From: an uncultured Acidobacteriota bacterium
Lineage (GTDB): Bacteria > Acidobacteriota > Vicinamibacteria > Vicinamibacterales > UBA8438
NCBI GenBank assembly: GCA_913043225.1
Contig: CAJWLU010000003.1
Span: forward strand, 64,001-128,000
Length of the DNA stretch: 64,000 bases
Reading direction: 5' to 3'
The notes under the pieces were generated by a model. That model was not told the DNA's origin. It ran no database searches and saw nothing but the letters and a program-made list of their open reading frames with translations. How positions within the stretch are numbered: position 1 is the first letter of the stretch; every line of letters begins with the position of its first letter. Below, piece by piece: positions 1 to 9,326 of this stretch. Made by a program: the position numbers and the translations under genes.

Positions 1-1
1 T

Positions 2-790
2 TTCCCATCGTTTGATGAGAACCTCCGTCAGGCATTCCGGCGTGAGATGGAGCTGTTCGTCGACAGCGTCCTGCGCGGGGACGACAGCGTGCTCGAGCTA
101 CTGACTGCGGAACACACGTTCGTGAACGAGCGGCTCGCCAAGCACTACGGCATTCCCCACGTCTTCGGCAGCCGGTTCCGGCGGATCGAACTCGAGGAGG
201 AGTCGCGCCGGGGGCTACTCGGCAAGGGGGCGATCTTGACGCTGACCTCCTACGCCAACCGCACGTCGCCGGTGCTGCGAGGGAAGTGGGTGCTTGAGAA
301 CCTACTGTCGTCGCCGCCTCCTCCGCCGCCGCCTGATGTCCCGGCGCTTGACGAGACGACCGACGACGGTCGGCCGAGGTCGATGCGTGAGGCGATGGAG
401 CAGCACCGCGCCAACCCGGCGTGCGCCAGCTGTCACGCGCAGATGGACCCGCTCGGGTTCGCGTTGGAGAACTTCGACGCTATTGGCCGCTGGCGGGTCC
501 TGAGCGAGACGGGAAACCCGATCGACGCGAGCGGTCAGTTGCCGAGCGGCACCAGCTTCGAGGGTCCGGCAGGACTCCGTGATCAGATCCTGGCTTCGCC
601 CGACCGGTTCGTCACCACCGTCGTGGACAAGTTGCTGATGTACGCCCTCGGGCGCAACATCGAGGCCCAGGACTACCCGACCATCCGTTCCGTCGTGCGG
701 GATGCCGCGCGCGACCAGTATCAGTTTGCGACCATCGTCAACGGCATCGTCAAGAGCACTCCATTCCAGATGCGAAAGGCCCAGTCATGA
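2..790 (+). CDS. Partial (5'-truncated by window edge) DUF1592/DUF1588/DUF1585 c-type cytochrome protein, cassette copy 1
   Basis: Frame is open from base 2 (FPSFDENLRQAFRREM...). Motifs HTFVNERLAKHYG, RTSPVLRGKW, poly-Pro, CASCH, MDPLGFALENFD and YALGR are shared with the three full-length paralogs. Confidence 0.9.
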   Translation, partial: FPSFDENLRQAFRREMELFVDSVLRGDDSVLELLTAEHTFVNERLAKHYGIPHVFGSRFRRIELEEESRRGLLGKGAILTLTSYANRTSPVLRGKWVLENLLSSPPPPPPPDVPALDETTDDGRPRSMREAMEQHRANPACASCHAQMDPLGFALENFDAIGRWRVLSETGNPIDASGQLPSGTSFEGPAGLRDQILASPDRFVTTVVDKLLMYALGRNIEAQDYPTIRSVVRDAARDQYQFATIVNGIVKSTPFQMRKAQS

Positions 791-2148
791 TCATCTCCAA
801 AATGGCGCTCCCGCGCCGGACGTTCCTGCGTGGCCTCGGGGCGAGCGTGGCGCTGCCGTTGCTTGATGCCATGGTGCCAGCCGCCACCGCGTTGGCCCAG
901 ACGCCCGCCACTCCGGCGCCCCGGCTCGGTTTCGTCTATGTGCCCAATGGGGTCATCCAGGAGCAGTGGGTGCCGGCGGCCACCGGCTCCGGGTTCGAGC
1001 TGTCACCCATCCTGAGCCCACTGAGGCCGGTGCAGGATCGCCTCGTGGTCCTGAGCGGTCTGGCCCATCGTCAGGCCGACTCGTTCGGGGACGGGAACGG
1101 CGACCATCCGCGCGCCACGGCCGTGTGGCTGAGTGGAGTCCATGCCTGGGAACGGAATGGACGACTGGGGCCGACCAGCATCGAACTTGGCGTGACCGCC
1201 GACCAGATCGCGGCCCGGGAGCTCGGTCAGGCCACACCACTTCCATCACTCGAACTGGTGCTCGAGCGGCCGACCGCCATATCGTGCGATTCTGGCGACT
1301 GCTTCTACTCGAACACCATTACCTGGCGTGACGAGACGACGCCGCTCGAGATGGAGCCGCACCCGCGCGTCGTGTTCGAGCGGCTGTTTGGCGACGGCGG
1401 CAGCGCCGCCGACCGCAGAGCTCAGGCGCGTCACTCGGGCAGCATTCTCGACTCGGTGACCGAGGAAGCCCTGAACCTCGAGCGGACGCTGGGGGCCGGC
1501 GACCGGGGAAAACTGGCCGAATATCTCGACTCGGTCCGAGATCTCGAGCAGCGAATCGGCAAAGCCGAAGCCCGCGATGATCAGACCGAGATCGACCTAC
1601 CCGATCGTCCGATTGACATCCCGGAGGACTTCGAGGAATACGCCACACTTATGTTCGATCTGCTCGCCCTGGCCTACCAGGCTGATGTCACCCGAGTGAG
1701 TACGCTGATGATGGCCCGGGAAACCAGCCCGCGGACGTTTCCGCAGATCGGGGTGCCGGACCAGCATCACACCGTGTCGCACCACCGAAACGACCCAGAT
1801 TACATCGCCCGCAAGGCGAAGATCGACACCTACCACATCAGCTTGTTCGGGCGCTTCCTGGAGAAGCTCCGGGCCACCCCTGACGGCGACGGGAACCTGT
1901 TGGACCACTCGATGATCGTCTACGGCGGTGGTATCGGGAATGGCAACCTGCACGAGCACACAAACTTGCCGTGCCTCGTGGCGGGCGGTGGAACCGGACG
2001 GCTTAAGGGCGGGCGGCACCTGGCCTATCCGGAAGACACGCCGATGGCCAACCTGCTATTGACCGTGCTCGACAAGGCCGGGGTTCGTGCCGACAAACTT
2101 GGTGACAGTACAGGGCTCTTGAATACCGCCACGCTAGCGGACGTCTGA
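787..2148 (+). CDS. DUF1552 (HxxSHH) family Tat-exported protein, cassette copy 1
   Basis: LPRRTFLRG twin-arginine motif; YVPNG; GDH; CDSGDC; HHTVSHH; C-terminal GDSTG. ATGA overlap with the upstream gene. Confidence 0.9.
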   Translation: MIISKMALPRRTFLRGLGASVALPLLDAMVPAATALAQTPATPAPRLGFVYVPNGVIQEQWVPAATGSGFELSPILSPLRPVQDRLVVLSGLAHRQADSFGDGNGDHPRATAVWLSGVHAWERNGRLGPTSIELGVTADQIAARELGQATPLPSLELVLERPTAISCDSGDCFYSNTITWRDETTPLEMEPHPRVVFERLFGDGGSAADRRAQARHSGSILDSVTEEALNLERTLGAGDRGKLAEYLDSVRDLEQRIGKAEARDDQTEIDLPDRPIDIPEDFEEYATLMFDLLALAYQADVTRVSTLMMARETSPRTFPQIGVPDQHHTVSHHRNDPDYIARKAKIDTYHISLFGRFLEKLRATPDGDGNLLDHSMIVYGGGIGNGNLHEHTNLPCLVAGGGTGRLKGGRHLAYPEDTPMANLLLTVLDKAGVRADKLGDSTGLLNTATLADV

Positions 2149-2150
2149 TC

Positions 2151-3224
2151 ATGAAGCGCATCATCCTGGTTGAGACAGCGGCAGTGGTGCTACTCGTGGG
2201 GGGCATCGCCGCAGCGCAGGGCGATATCCCGCGCATGGCGAGTGGGAAGCCCGATCTGTCGGGAACCTACGACGCGGCCACACTGACGCCGTTGCAGCGG
2301 CCCACGGGCCTCGGCGAGAAGATGGCGCTGACCGACGAGGAGGCGGCCGAGCTGGCCGAGGGGATGCGGCAGGCGATGGCTGCTGCCAACCAGCCCAGTG
2401 ACCCGAACCGAGGTGCCCCTCCCGATGGCGGCGACGGGTCGCTTGGAGCGTCCGGTAACGTAGGTGGTTACAATGCGTTCTGGATTGACCCAGGGTCTGG
2501 TGCCTATCAGATCGACGGGCAGTGGCGGACCTCCATCCTGATCGATCCCCCCAACGGCCGGTTCCCGCCACGGGCGGCGGGTGCGCCCACCCGGAGCTTC
2601 AGTGGCCGCCAGAACGACGGCACCGCCTACTGGCTCGAGGATGGGCTCGACGCCGAAGGTCCCTACGACAACATGGAGCAGAGGCCCTACGCCGAGCGCT
2701 GCCTGCTCAGTTTCGGGTCCACCTCGGGACCACCGATGCTGCCGTCGCTCTACAACAACTTCAAGCGGATCGTTCAGAGCGAGGACACGGTCATCATCCT
2801 GGCCGAGATGGTGCACGATGCTCGCATTGTCAGGATGAACACCGAGCACGATCCACCGCACATCAAGAAGTGGCTGGGCGATTCGATCGGTTGGTGGGAA
2901 GGCGACACGCTGGTGGTCGAGACAACCAACTTCATCGACCGCCCCGCGTTCAGCCAGGGGACGGGAAGCATGACCGTTACCGAGCGCTTTCGCATGGAGA
3001 GCGCCGGCCAGCTGGTCTACAGCTTCACGGTCGAAGATCAGACGGTGTGGACCCGTCCATTCACCGGAGAGTACGCCTGGCCGCGTAGCCCTAACAAGCT
3101 ATTCGAGTACGCCTGCCACGAGGCGAATTACGCTCTGGAGGGCATCATGAAGGGCGCCCGTCTGCTGGAAGCGGAATTCAGAGGCGAAGAGCCGGAAGGT
3201 GTCGCCAATCCCACCGGCCGCTAG
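2151..3224 (+). CDS. Secreted uncharacterised protein of the 'GKPDLxG...ERC...EYACHE' family
   Basis: Signal peptide (AAAQ); GKPDLSG, TPLQRP, AERCL, WLGDSIGWWEGDTLVVET, FEYACHE. Starts 2 nt after the DUF1552 stop; paralogs at 7235 and 8255. Confidence 0.85.
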   Translation: MKRIILVETAAVVLLVGGIAAAQGDIPRMASGKPDLSGTYDAATLTPLQRPTGLGEKMALTDEEAAELAEGMRQAMAAANQPSDPNRGAPPDGGDGSLGASGNVGGYNAFWIDPGSGAYQIDGQWRTSILIDPPNGRFPPRAAGAPTRSFSGRQNDGTAYWLEDGLDAEGPYDNMEQRPYAERCLLSFGSTSGPPMLPSLYNNFKRIVQSEDTVIILAEMVHDARIVRMNTEHDPPHIKKWLGDSIGWWEGDTLVVETTNFIDRPAFSQGTGSMTVTERFRMESAGQLVYSFTVEDQTVWTRPFTGEYAWPRSPNKLFEYACHEANYALEGIMKGARLLEAEFRGEEPEGVANPTGR

Positions 3225-3266
3225 TTGATGATGGCCACATCATTGCTTGGGGTGTCCGGGCCAGTC

Positions 3267-4127
3267 TCATAGACTGCGGCGTCGAACACTGTTGCCGAGT
3301 TGACGAGCTTCGGCGAGTAGCGCCTGGGCGGCCTCAGCTAGCGGTCGCGATGTCGCCGTCTCGGCCGTGGCGGGAGGACTCTCGGCGATCGCGGCCTCGG
3401 TCTCGCCCGGGTCGCCTAGTCCAGCTCCGCGCTGGCGTGCGATTTGTTCCCGCAGCTGGTCGCGGATGGCCCACGCATCCTCTAGACCGCGGAAGTGACC
3501 GACGTGTAAGTTGTTTCCGCCGCTCCCGTCTCCTTCGTCAGATTTGCCCCCGCCTCCCGCCGTGTGCACCTCGAGCTCCGCAAGGCCGAAGAGGCGGTGC
3601 AGCGGGTCTTGCCGAATCTTCATGTTCTGGATGTTGGCGACCGTCATCGTCTGCTCGCGTAGTTTCCAGAGCCCTTCGCGGATCCGCAGGCTTTCGTCGC
3701 TCACCATGTACCAGTGCATCTCCCAGCGGAGGGTGACGAGCAGTCCCGAGAACACGAGCTGGGTCACATACCCAGTGATGGCCAAGCTTTCGAAGAAAAG
3801 GAGGATCTGGGTGCCGCCGAGCTCCACCCCAAGGATGCGGTCACTGATCCGGCCGATGACTCCCTGGCTCCGTTCGACGATGCCTAGGACCTCTTCCGGT
3901 GGTGCCTCACCGGTGTTAGGCATGAAGACGGGCAGTTCGCCACCGCTGAAGAACGACAGCGAGACGATGATACCGATGAGACCGCCGATCTGCGCCAGTG
4001 CCCACTGGATGCGGCGCACGGTCAGGTACCGCCGCGAGGCTCGGAAGACGTTGAGGCTGGGACCGGCATTGGGGGGTGGGGCCGGCTGCTCGGACACCCT
4101 TAACCACCGCAGCACCCTGTCCTTCAC
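3267..4127 (-). CDS. Membrane protein with bacterial PH domain (bPH_2, YdbS/YdbT-like)
   Basis: Two TM segments followed by Y...LRIREGL...IQN...QDPLHRLFGLAELEVHTAG. 4-nt overlap with the partner gene. Confidence 0.8.
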   Translation of the reverse strand: MKDRVLRWLRVSEQPAPPPNAGPSLNVFRASRRYLTVRRIQWALAQIGGLIGIIVSLSFFSGGELPVFMPNTGEAPPEEVLGIVERSQGVIGRISDRILGVELGGTQILLFFESLAITGYVTQLVFSGLLVTLRWEMHWYMVSDESLRIREGLWKLREQTMTVANIQNMKIRQDPLHRLFGLAELEVHTAGGGGKSDEGDGSGGNNLHVGHFRGLEDAWAIRDQLREQIARQRGAGLGDPGETEAAIAESPPATAETATSRPLAEAAQALLAEARQLGNSVRRRSL

Positions 4128-4699
4128 CGTGATGGCTCCGTTCCATCGCCGGGGCCACCGGTTGCCCGCGCCTCGAGGGCCCGCCGAAGTGCCGCTAGCT
4201 CGCGCGTCGTCGCCTTGAGTGCCCTTGCCACCGCTACCAGCTCATCGGCGCTGGCCGTCTCCGCCAGAGGCGGCGTCGAGTTTGAGCCTGATCGCGCCCC
4301 CCGCATACGGTCGTAGAGATAGTCCCGAACCTGCTCGTACTCAAGGAGCCCTTCAATCATCATCTCGGCCTTGGCGGAGCCGCTGGCGGTTTGGAGTTGC
4401 ACACGACCCAGACCGAGCCAACGTTCGAAGGCGTTGCTCTCTAGATGGATGTCCTGCAGACGAGCGTAGGTCAGACTGATGTCCTTGCGGAACAGGATCC
4501 CCCAGCGCATGTTCACGCCTTCATCGTCGAAACGGTAGCGGAGCGTCCGGTAGCGGAGCCAGCTCGCTAGCGCCGCGATCGGATAGAAGGGACCGGCCAG
4601 CAGCGAGGCGAGCAGGTAGTACTTCAGGAGGTTCGGGTGTGGCCGATCGATCGTGCTTACCTGCAGGTCTGGGGTAACTGGGGTGTTCATTACTCGCAT
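4124..4699 (-). CDS. Membrane protein with bacterial PH domain (bPH_2, YdbS-like)
   Basis: TM hairpin, then YRFDDEGVNMRWGILF...RLQDI...ERWLGLGRVQLQTA. Start could be 4690. Confidence 0.8.
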   Translation of the reverse strand: MRVMNTPVTPDLQVSTIDRPHPNLLKYYLLASLLAGPFYPIAALASWLRYRTLRYRFDDEGVNMRWGILFRKDISLTYARLQDIHLESNAFERWLGLGRVQLQTASGSAKAEMMIEGLLEYEQVRDYLYDRMRGARSGSNSTPPLAETASADELVAVARALKATTRELAALRRALEARATGGPGDGTEPSR

Positions 4700-4902
4700 C
4701 CAAGGGCTCTGGCCTGGTCGATACGCGGGGTCGAGAAGTCGTTGGCTCCGACGACGCCGAGATCGCCGTAGTCTTGATCGCCGGCCAGGATCAGCACGAA
4801 ATTAGGCTGGTTGGCCGGTGGGAACGTCTTTGGGTCGCGCCCCGCCGCGCCGCTGCAGCCAGCCAGGGCGAAGGCGAAGAGGACGCGCACTCGAGGCGGC
4901 AT
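4690..4902 (-). pseudogene. N-terminal remnant of a lipoprotein sulfatase
   Basis: MPPRVRVLFAFALAGC lipobox, then PNFVLILAGDQDYGDLGVVG...STPRID, a degenerate version of the sulfatase start PNxxxIxADDxGYGDL...TPxID. Stops after 70 aa. Confidence 0.7.
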
Positions 4903-5252
4903 GAGCAGCCTGAGTCTACTGCGCCGGGACAGGATCGGCGTACCGGTTCTTCGACCCCGAGATGCGGTCGTAAGGGACCAAGTTGACGGCCCATCGTTCA
5001 CGACTGCGTCGGAGAAGAACCGGACTCTGACCACCCTTACCCTCGCCTGGTAACCGGTAACCATCTAACCTAGGAGCTGCGCAGCGGCCGGTTGTGGCTC
5101 CGTCTTGGTCGGCGAGTAACCGTTCGCTGGTCCTGCCTGTCCAAATAGATCAGACGGTCCGGAAGATCCGGACCCCGCGGAGGGTCTCGATCCACAGGGG
5201 GCGACGGTCTCCGAAGTAGGTGACGCTAGCGCCTGACGTTAAGGGGTGCGTG

Positions 5253-5636
5253 ATGACGGTTCAAAGATGGTCTCGACGGGCGTTCGTGGGATTTGCGACG
5301 GCAGCCATGCTGCTGATCTCGGCCGATCTCACCCTGGGCCAGCGACGGACGGTGCGGCATCACCGGCATGGACATGTCGTGAAGACCCTGCCGCGTGGGC
5401 ACGCCAAGGTGGTGGTCCGAGGTGTGACATATCACTCGCGCGGCGGCGTCTTCCATCGACCCCAGGCTACGGGGTGGTTGGTGGTGGCCCCACCGATGGG
5501 CGCTGTGCTCACCGCGCTGCCGCCTGGGGCGCGCCTTGTGCGGGTGAAAGGGGTGCGAGATCACCTCCATAACGGCGTGCACTACCGTCCTATGATCCGC
5601 AACGGCGTGTCGGTCTACGTCGTCGCGCGGCTCTGA
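5253..5636 (+). CDS. Small exported protein, DUF6515-like
   Basis: SRRAFV signal; two LPxG...V.V.G..Y...GV.Y.P repeats; AAGGGG RBS upstream. Confidence 0.65.
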   Translation: MTVQRWSRRAFVGFATAAMLLISADLTLGQRRTVRHHRHGHVVKTLPRGHAKVVVRGVTYHSRGGVFHRPQATGWLVVAPPMGAVLTALPPGARLVRVKGVRDHLHNGVHYRPMIRNGVSVYVVARL

Positions 5637-5643
5637 CGAAGAG

Positions 5644-5678
5644 CGAACCGGGTGGCGTGCTCACCGCCGCCCGGTTCG
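5644..5678 (+). terminator. GC-rich hairpin, possible terminator
   Basis: CGAACCGGGTGGCG / CGCCGCCCGGTTCG inverted repeat just after the stop; no U-tract. Confidence 0.45.
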
Positions 5679-5712
5679 TCCGACCGGCGGCCCGTGATAC
5701 TTGATCTGGGCG

Positions 5713-6921
5713 ATGTCTGATCAAGTTACTTCCGCTCCCCGCCCGCTCGACGGTATCCGTGTCGTCGATCTCAGCCGTGTCGTCTCCGGTCCGTACTGCA
5801 CCATGCAGCTCGCCGACATGGGGGCCGAGGTCATCAAGATCGAGGAGCCGGGGCGGGGAGACGAATCGCGCGCCTTCGGCCCCCCGTTTCATGGCGGTGA
5901 GTCGCCCTACTACCTGTCGGTGAATCGTAACAAGCGGAGCTGCACCCTGAATCTCAAGAGCGAGGCGGGGCGCGAGGTGCTCTGGCGTCTGCTCGATCAG
6001 GCGGATGTGGTGATCGAGAACTTCCGGCCGGGCGCCGTGGCCAGGCTGGGGTTCGACTATGCGACGGTGTCCGCACGCTGTCCGCGGCTGATCTACTGTT
6101 CTATCTCCGGGTTTGGCGACAGCGGACCCGACGCCACCCGCCCCGGGTACGACCTGGTGGTACAGGGCGAGTCGGGATTGATGGATCTCACCGGCGAGGA
6201 AGGCGGACCGCCTACGCGGATCGGCACCTCGATCTGCGACCTGACGGCCGGCGTCATGGCCACCCAGGGCATCCTGCTTGCACTCTATGCCCGCCACACC
6301 ACGGGGCGCGGTCAGCAGGTGAAGGTGGCCATGCTCGACGCCATGGCCTCGTTCCTCACCTACACCGCCGGCATCTACTTCGCGTCCGGTGAGGTGACGA
6401 CCCGTCGGGGCAACGACCATCCTTTCGTGGTGCCGTACCAAACGCTCCGCGCGAAAGACGGCTGGATGAACCTCGGGATCGCGAACGACTCGCTGTGGCG
6501 GCGCTACTGTGACGCTATCGAGCGGCCCGATCTCCGGGATGATCCCCGCTTCGCGTTGGCACCGGATCGAGTGAAGCACCGCGACGTGCTCGTCCCGATC
6601 ATCGTGGAGCTGTCGGCCAGCCGGACGGTGAAGGAATGGGTGCAGCTGCTGGGCGAGGCCGGTGTTCCCTGTGGAGCGATCCGGAACGTGGGGGAAGTTT
6701 GCGAGCACCCGCAGCTTCTGGAGCGAGGTAAGGTCGTCGACGTTCCGCATCCCACTGCGGGCACGGTCAAGCTGATGGGGATGCCGATCGAGCTGAGCGA
6801 CACGCCGGGGCGTATCGAAGCCCACCCGCCACTTCTTGGCGAGCACACCGAGGAGGTGCTCGAGCAGGCCGGCTACTCTGACGTCGAGATCGCCACCCTT
6901 CGAGCTGGCGGGATCGTCTAG
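5713..6921 (+). CDS. Class III CoA-transferase (CaiB/BaiF family)
   Basis: PLDGIRVVDLS, LADMGAEVIKIE, NRNKRS, DVVIENFRPG, GYD, PPLLGEHT. Confidence 0.93.
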   Translation: MSDQVTSAPRPLDGIRVVDLSRVVSGPYCTMQLADMGAEVIKIEEPGRGDESRAFGPPFHGGESPYYLSVNRNKRSCTLNLKSEAGREVLWRLLDQADVVIENFRPGAVARLGFDYATVSARCPRLIYCSISGFGDSGPDATRPGYDLVVQGESGLMDLTGEEGGPPTRIGTSICDLTAGVMATQGILLALYARHTTGRGQQVKVAMLDAMASFLTYTAGIYFASGEVTTRRGNDHPFVVPYQTLRAKDGWMNLGIANDSLWRRYCDAIERPDLRDDPRFALAPDRVKHRDVLVPIIVELSASRTVKEWVQLLGEAGVPCGAIRNVGEVCEHPQLLERGKVVDVPHPTAGTVKLMGMPIELSDTPGRIEAHPPLLGEHTEEVLEQAGYSDVEIATLRAGGIV

Positions 6922-7221
6922 AACGTGCTCCCGGCGATTCGTCCGTCCGGACGGTGTTTCGACCGCTGTTACAGCCACCCCGGCTGCGCCCTTGGCCGCG
7001 CGTGACCAGACGAACGACTTGCCGGTCTTGCTCAATCCCCACACCCCGAATCGCCACGCGCGCCTCCAGCCGGCCGACACCTGTGGGCGTCTAGCAGCCA
7101 GAGGAAGGGACGGCGTCTGTGCGGTCACGGTCGGTGGGAGGAGCACGCCGCCGGCAGGCGCGAAGACCAGGCGCGCTCGAATACGCATAGGGGTGTTGTC
7201 CGGCACCTAAGGGTTGGCGCG

Positions 7222-7237
7222 TATAATCGGGCCGATG
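7222..7237 (+). promoter_or_regulatory. -10 element (TATAAT) 7 nt before ATG, probable leaderless start
   Basis: TATAAT at 7222-7227, ATG at 7235, no SD sequence in between. Confidence 0.55.
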
Positions 7238-8155
7238 CGTGGACATGCGGCAGCCGCCCTAACCGCGGTCCTGCTTGCTACCGGGGTGCCCCTGCACGCC
7301 CAGACGTCCGAGGTGCCCCGTTCCTCGTGGGGAACTCCGGACCTGAGTGGCTACTGGGAGTACCGCACCACGACGCCGCTACAGCGGCCAACCGAGTTCG
7401 GCGACAGGGCGGTTCTGACGCCGGAGGAAGTCGCCGCGTATCTACCCCGGCGGCTGGCCGATATCGGTCACGAACGGGATCTACAGCTCAACGCTGATTG
7501 GTGGCAACCAGGCGACCTCACCGACGGTCGCACGTCGCTCATCATCGACCCACCGGACGGACGCCTGCCCGAGCGCTCGGAGGCTGCGCTCGAACGGGCG
7601 CGGACACTGGGTCTCGCGTCGAGGTTGCGGCCTGCGGACGGTCCCGAGGACCGCGAACGCTACGAACGTTGCATCATGGGGCGGACGGTTCCGCTGCTCG
7701 CTGTGCCGCCTCCGCGACTGGTTCAGTTCTTCCAGAACGAGGACCACCTGATCATCCTGCACGAGCAGAAATCGGACATCCGGATCATCCCGATTGACGG
7801 TCCAACGGCGATCGCCGATGTGATTCGTCTGTGGTCTGGCCGATCGCGCGGTCATTGGGAGGGGGACACCCTGGTGGTGGAGACCACCCATCTCAACGGT
7901 GCCTGGACGGTCAACGGGACGAGCGCTGACATGCACGTGGAAGAGCGCTTTACCCGGACGGCGGAGGGCATAGATTTTGGCTTCACGATCACCGACCCTA
8001 CGTCGTTCGCCGCGCAGTGGTCGGTGGAGTTCCCGATCGCGCCTGGTAACGGGCCGCTCTTCGAGAACGCTTGTCACGAAGGGAACTACAGCATGCCGCT
8101 CATCCTGAGCGGAGCCAGGGCGGAAGAACGACGTGCGGCTGCCGGTAGCCGGTAG
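7235..8155 (+). CDS. Secreted 'ERC...ACHEGN' family protein, paralog 2
   Basis: Signal peptide (LHAQ); GTPDLSGYW, TPLQRP, YERCI, SRGHWEGDTLVVET, FENACHEGNY. Confidence 0.85.
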   Translation: MRGHAAAALTAVLLATGVPLHAQTSEVPRSSWGTPDLSGYWEYRTTTPLQRPTEFGDRAVLTPEEVAAYLPRRLADIGHERDLQLNADWWQPGDLTDGRTSLIIDPPDGRLPERSEAALERARTLGLASRLRPADGPEDRERYERCIMGRTVPLLAVPPPRLVQFFQNEDHLIILHEQKSDIRIIPIDGPTAIADVIRLWSGRSRGHWEGDTLVVETTHLNGAWTVNGTSADMHVEERFTRTAEGIDFGFTITDPTSFAAQWSVEFPIAPGNGPLFENACHEGNYSMPLILSGARAEERRAAAGSR

Positions 8156-8254
8156 AAGTCGGACTGGCTACCTTACCGGGCACGTGGTCATGCGTTTCGG
8201 GAACTAGATGCCTGGGGCAGAGCAGCAAGCGACATCATCGTTGCGGAGGTTTCC

Positions 8255-9283
8255 ATGACTCGACACACCCCACTTGTCATTCTCGTCTGGACGCTCGCTT
8301 CCACGATGGCTGCCACGGTGGTGGCACAGGAGTACGAACCTTCTCGTACCGGAGACGGCAAGCCCGACCTGCAGGGAGTCTGGGACTTTCGCACGTTGAC
8401 GCCTCTCGAGCGGCCCGAGAGCCGGGGCGATCAGGCGGTGCTGACGCCAGAGGAAGTGGCCGAGTTCGACGCTCAGTCGGTCGAGCGTGAGCGGGCGGCG
8501 TATGCACCGAGCGAGGTACGGGACGAGCCGCTCCCGGTGGGTGGCAACGTCGGTGCCTATAACAGCTACTGGGTGGATCAGGGGGCCTCGGTTGTCGACG
8601 GTGCTCGGACGTCGCTCATTGTCGACCCACCCGACGGGCGGTTACCCGCGCTGGCGCCAAGGGTCGAGATGGTGACACTGTCACTCGGTGAGGACCTTCC
8701 CGGCGAGCACCCGATCCGGGTCCGAGCGGCCGGGATCGGCGCCGACCACTGGGAGGATCGCGGGCTGGCTGAGCGCTGCCTGCTCGGGTTCAACTCCGGT
8801 CCGCCGATTGTGCCCGCCGGCTACAACCAGAACATCCAGATCTTCCAGACCCCGGACCACGTCGTGATCCTGAACGAGATGGTGCATGACGCGCGTATCG
8901 TTCCGCTCGACGGGCGTGACCATCTGCCCGAGGAGATCACCCAGTGGCTGGGAGACTCGCGGGGCTACTGGGATGGTGACGTGCTGGTCGTGGAGTCACA
9001 GAACTTCAGCGATAAGACCGCGAGCTTCAACCCGTCGGTCGCCCACTCGGTCGGAAGCGGCACCACCCTGCGGCTGACTGAGCGGTTCAGTCGCGCTGGC
9101 GACGATACGTTGCTCTACGAATACACGGTGACCGACCCCGCGACGTTCACCGCACCTTTCACCGTTTTGCTTCCGATGAAAAAGGGCGATGTGATGTACG
9201 AGTACGCCTGCCACGAAGGCAACTACGGCCTCCCGAATATGCTGTCCGGCGCCCGGGCACTGGAGTTGGCCCGTAGCCGGTGA
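8255..9283 (+). CDS. Secreted 'ERC...YACHEGN' family protein, paralog 3
   Basis: GGAGG RBS; signal peptide; GKPDLQGVW, AERCL, EMVHDAR, WLGDSRGYW, YEYACHEGNY. Confidence 0.87.
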   Translation: MTRHTPLVILVWTLASTMAATVVAQEYEPSRTGDGKPDLQGVWDFRTLTPLERPESRGDQAVLTPEEVAEFDAQSVERERAAYAPSEVRDEPLPVGGNVGAYNSYWVDQGASVVDGARTSLIVDPPDGRLPALAPRVEMVTLSLGEDLPGEHPIRVRAAGIGADHWEDRGLAERCLLGFNSGPPIVPAGYNQNIQIFQTPDHVVILNEMVHDARIVPLDGRDHLPEEITQWLGDSRGYWDGDVLVVESQNFSDKTASFNPSVAHSVGSGTTLRLTERFSRAGDDTLLYEYTVTDPATFTAPFTVLLPMKKGDVMYEYACHEGNYGLPNMLSGARALELARSR

Positions 9284-9326
9284 AGGCCCGCCCGTGCAGA
9301 ACGTGCGCGTTCCGGGAGCGCAGCGG

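Noticed and set aside
3100..3130. YACHE as a heme c attachment site
   Set aside because: There is no Cys three residues upstream, so it is not CxxCH and was not counted as heme.
5116..5145. GTAACC-N17-GTC as an ECF sigma promoter
   Set aside because: Single weak instance, with no ECF sigma gene in the window.
5590..7206. 538-aa minus-strand ORF, and similar long antisense ORFs (e.g. 39589-40767, 44766-46007, 61807-63282)
   Set aside because: These are shadows of well-supported genes, expected in high-GC DNA, with no motifs. The part at 6922-7190 has a weak signal-peptide look but no recognisable family.
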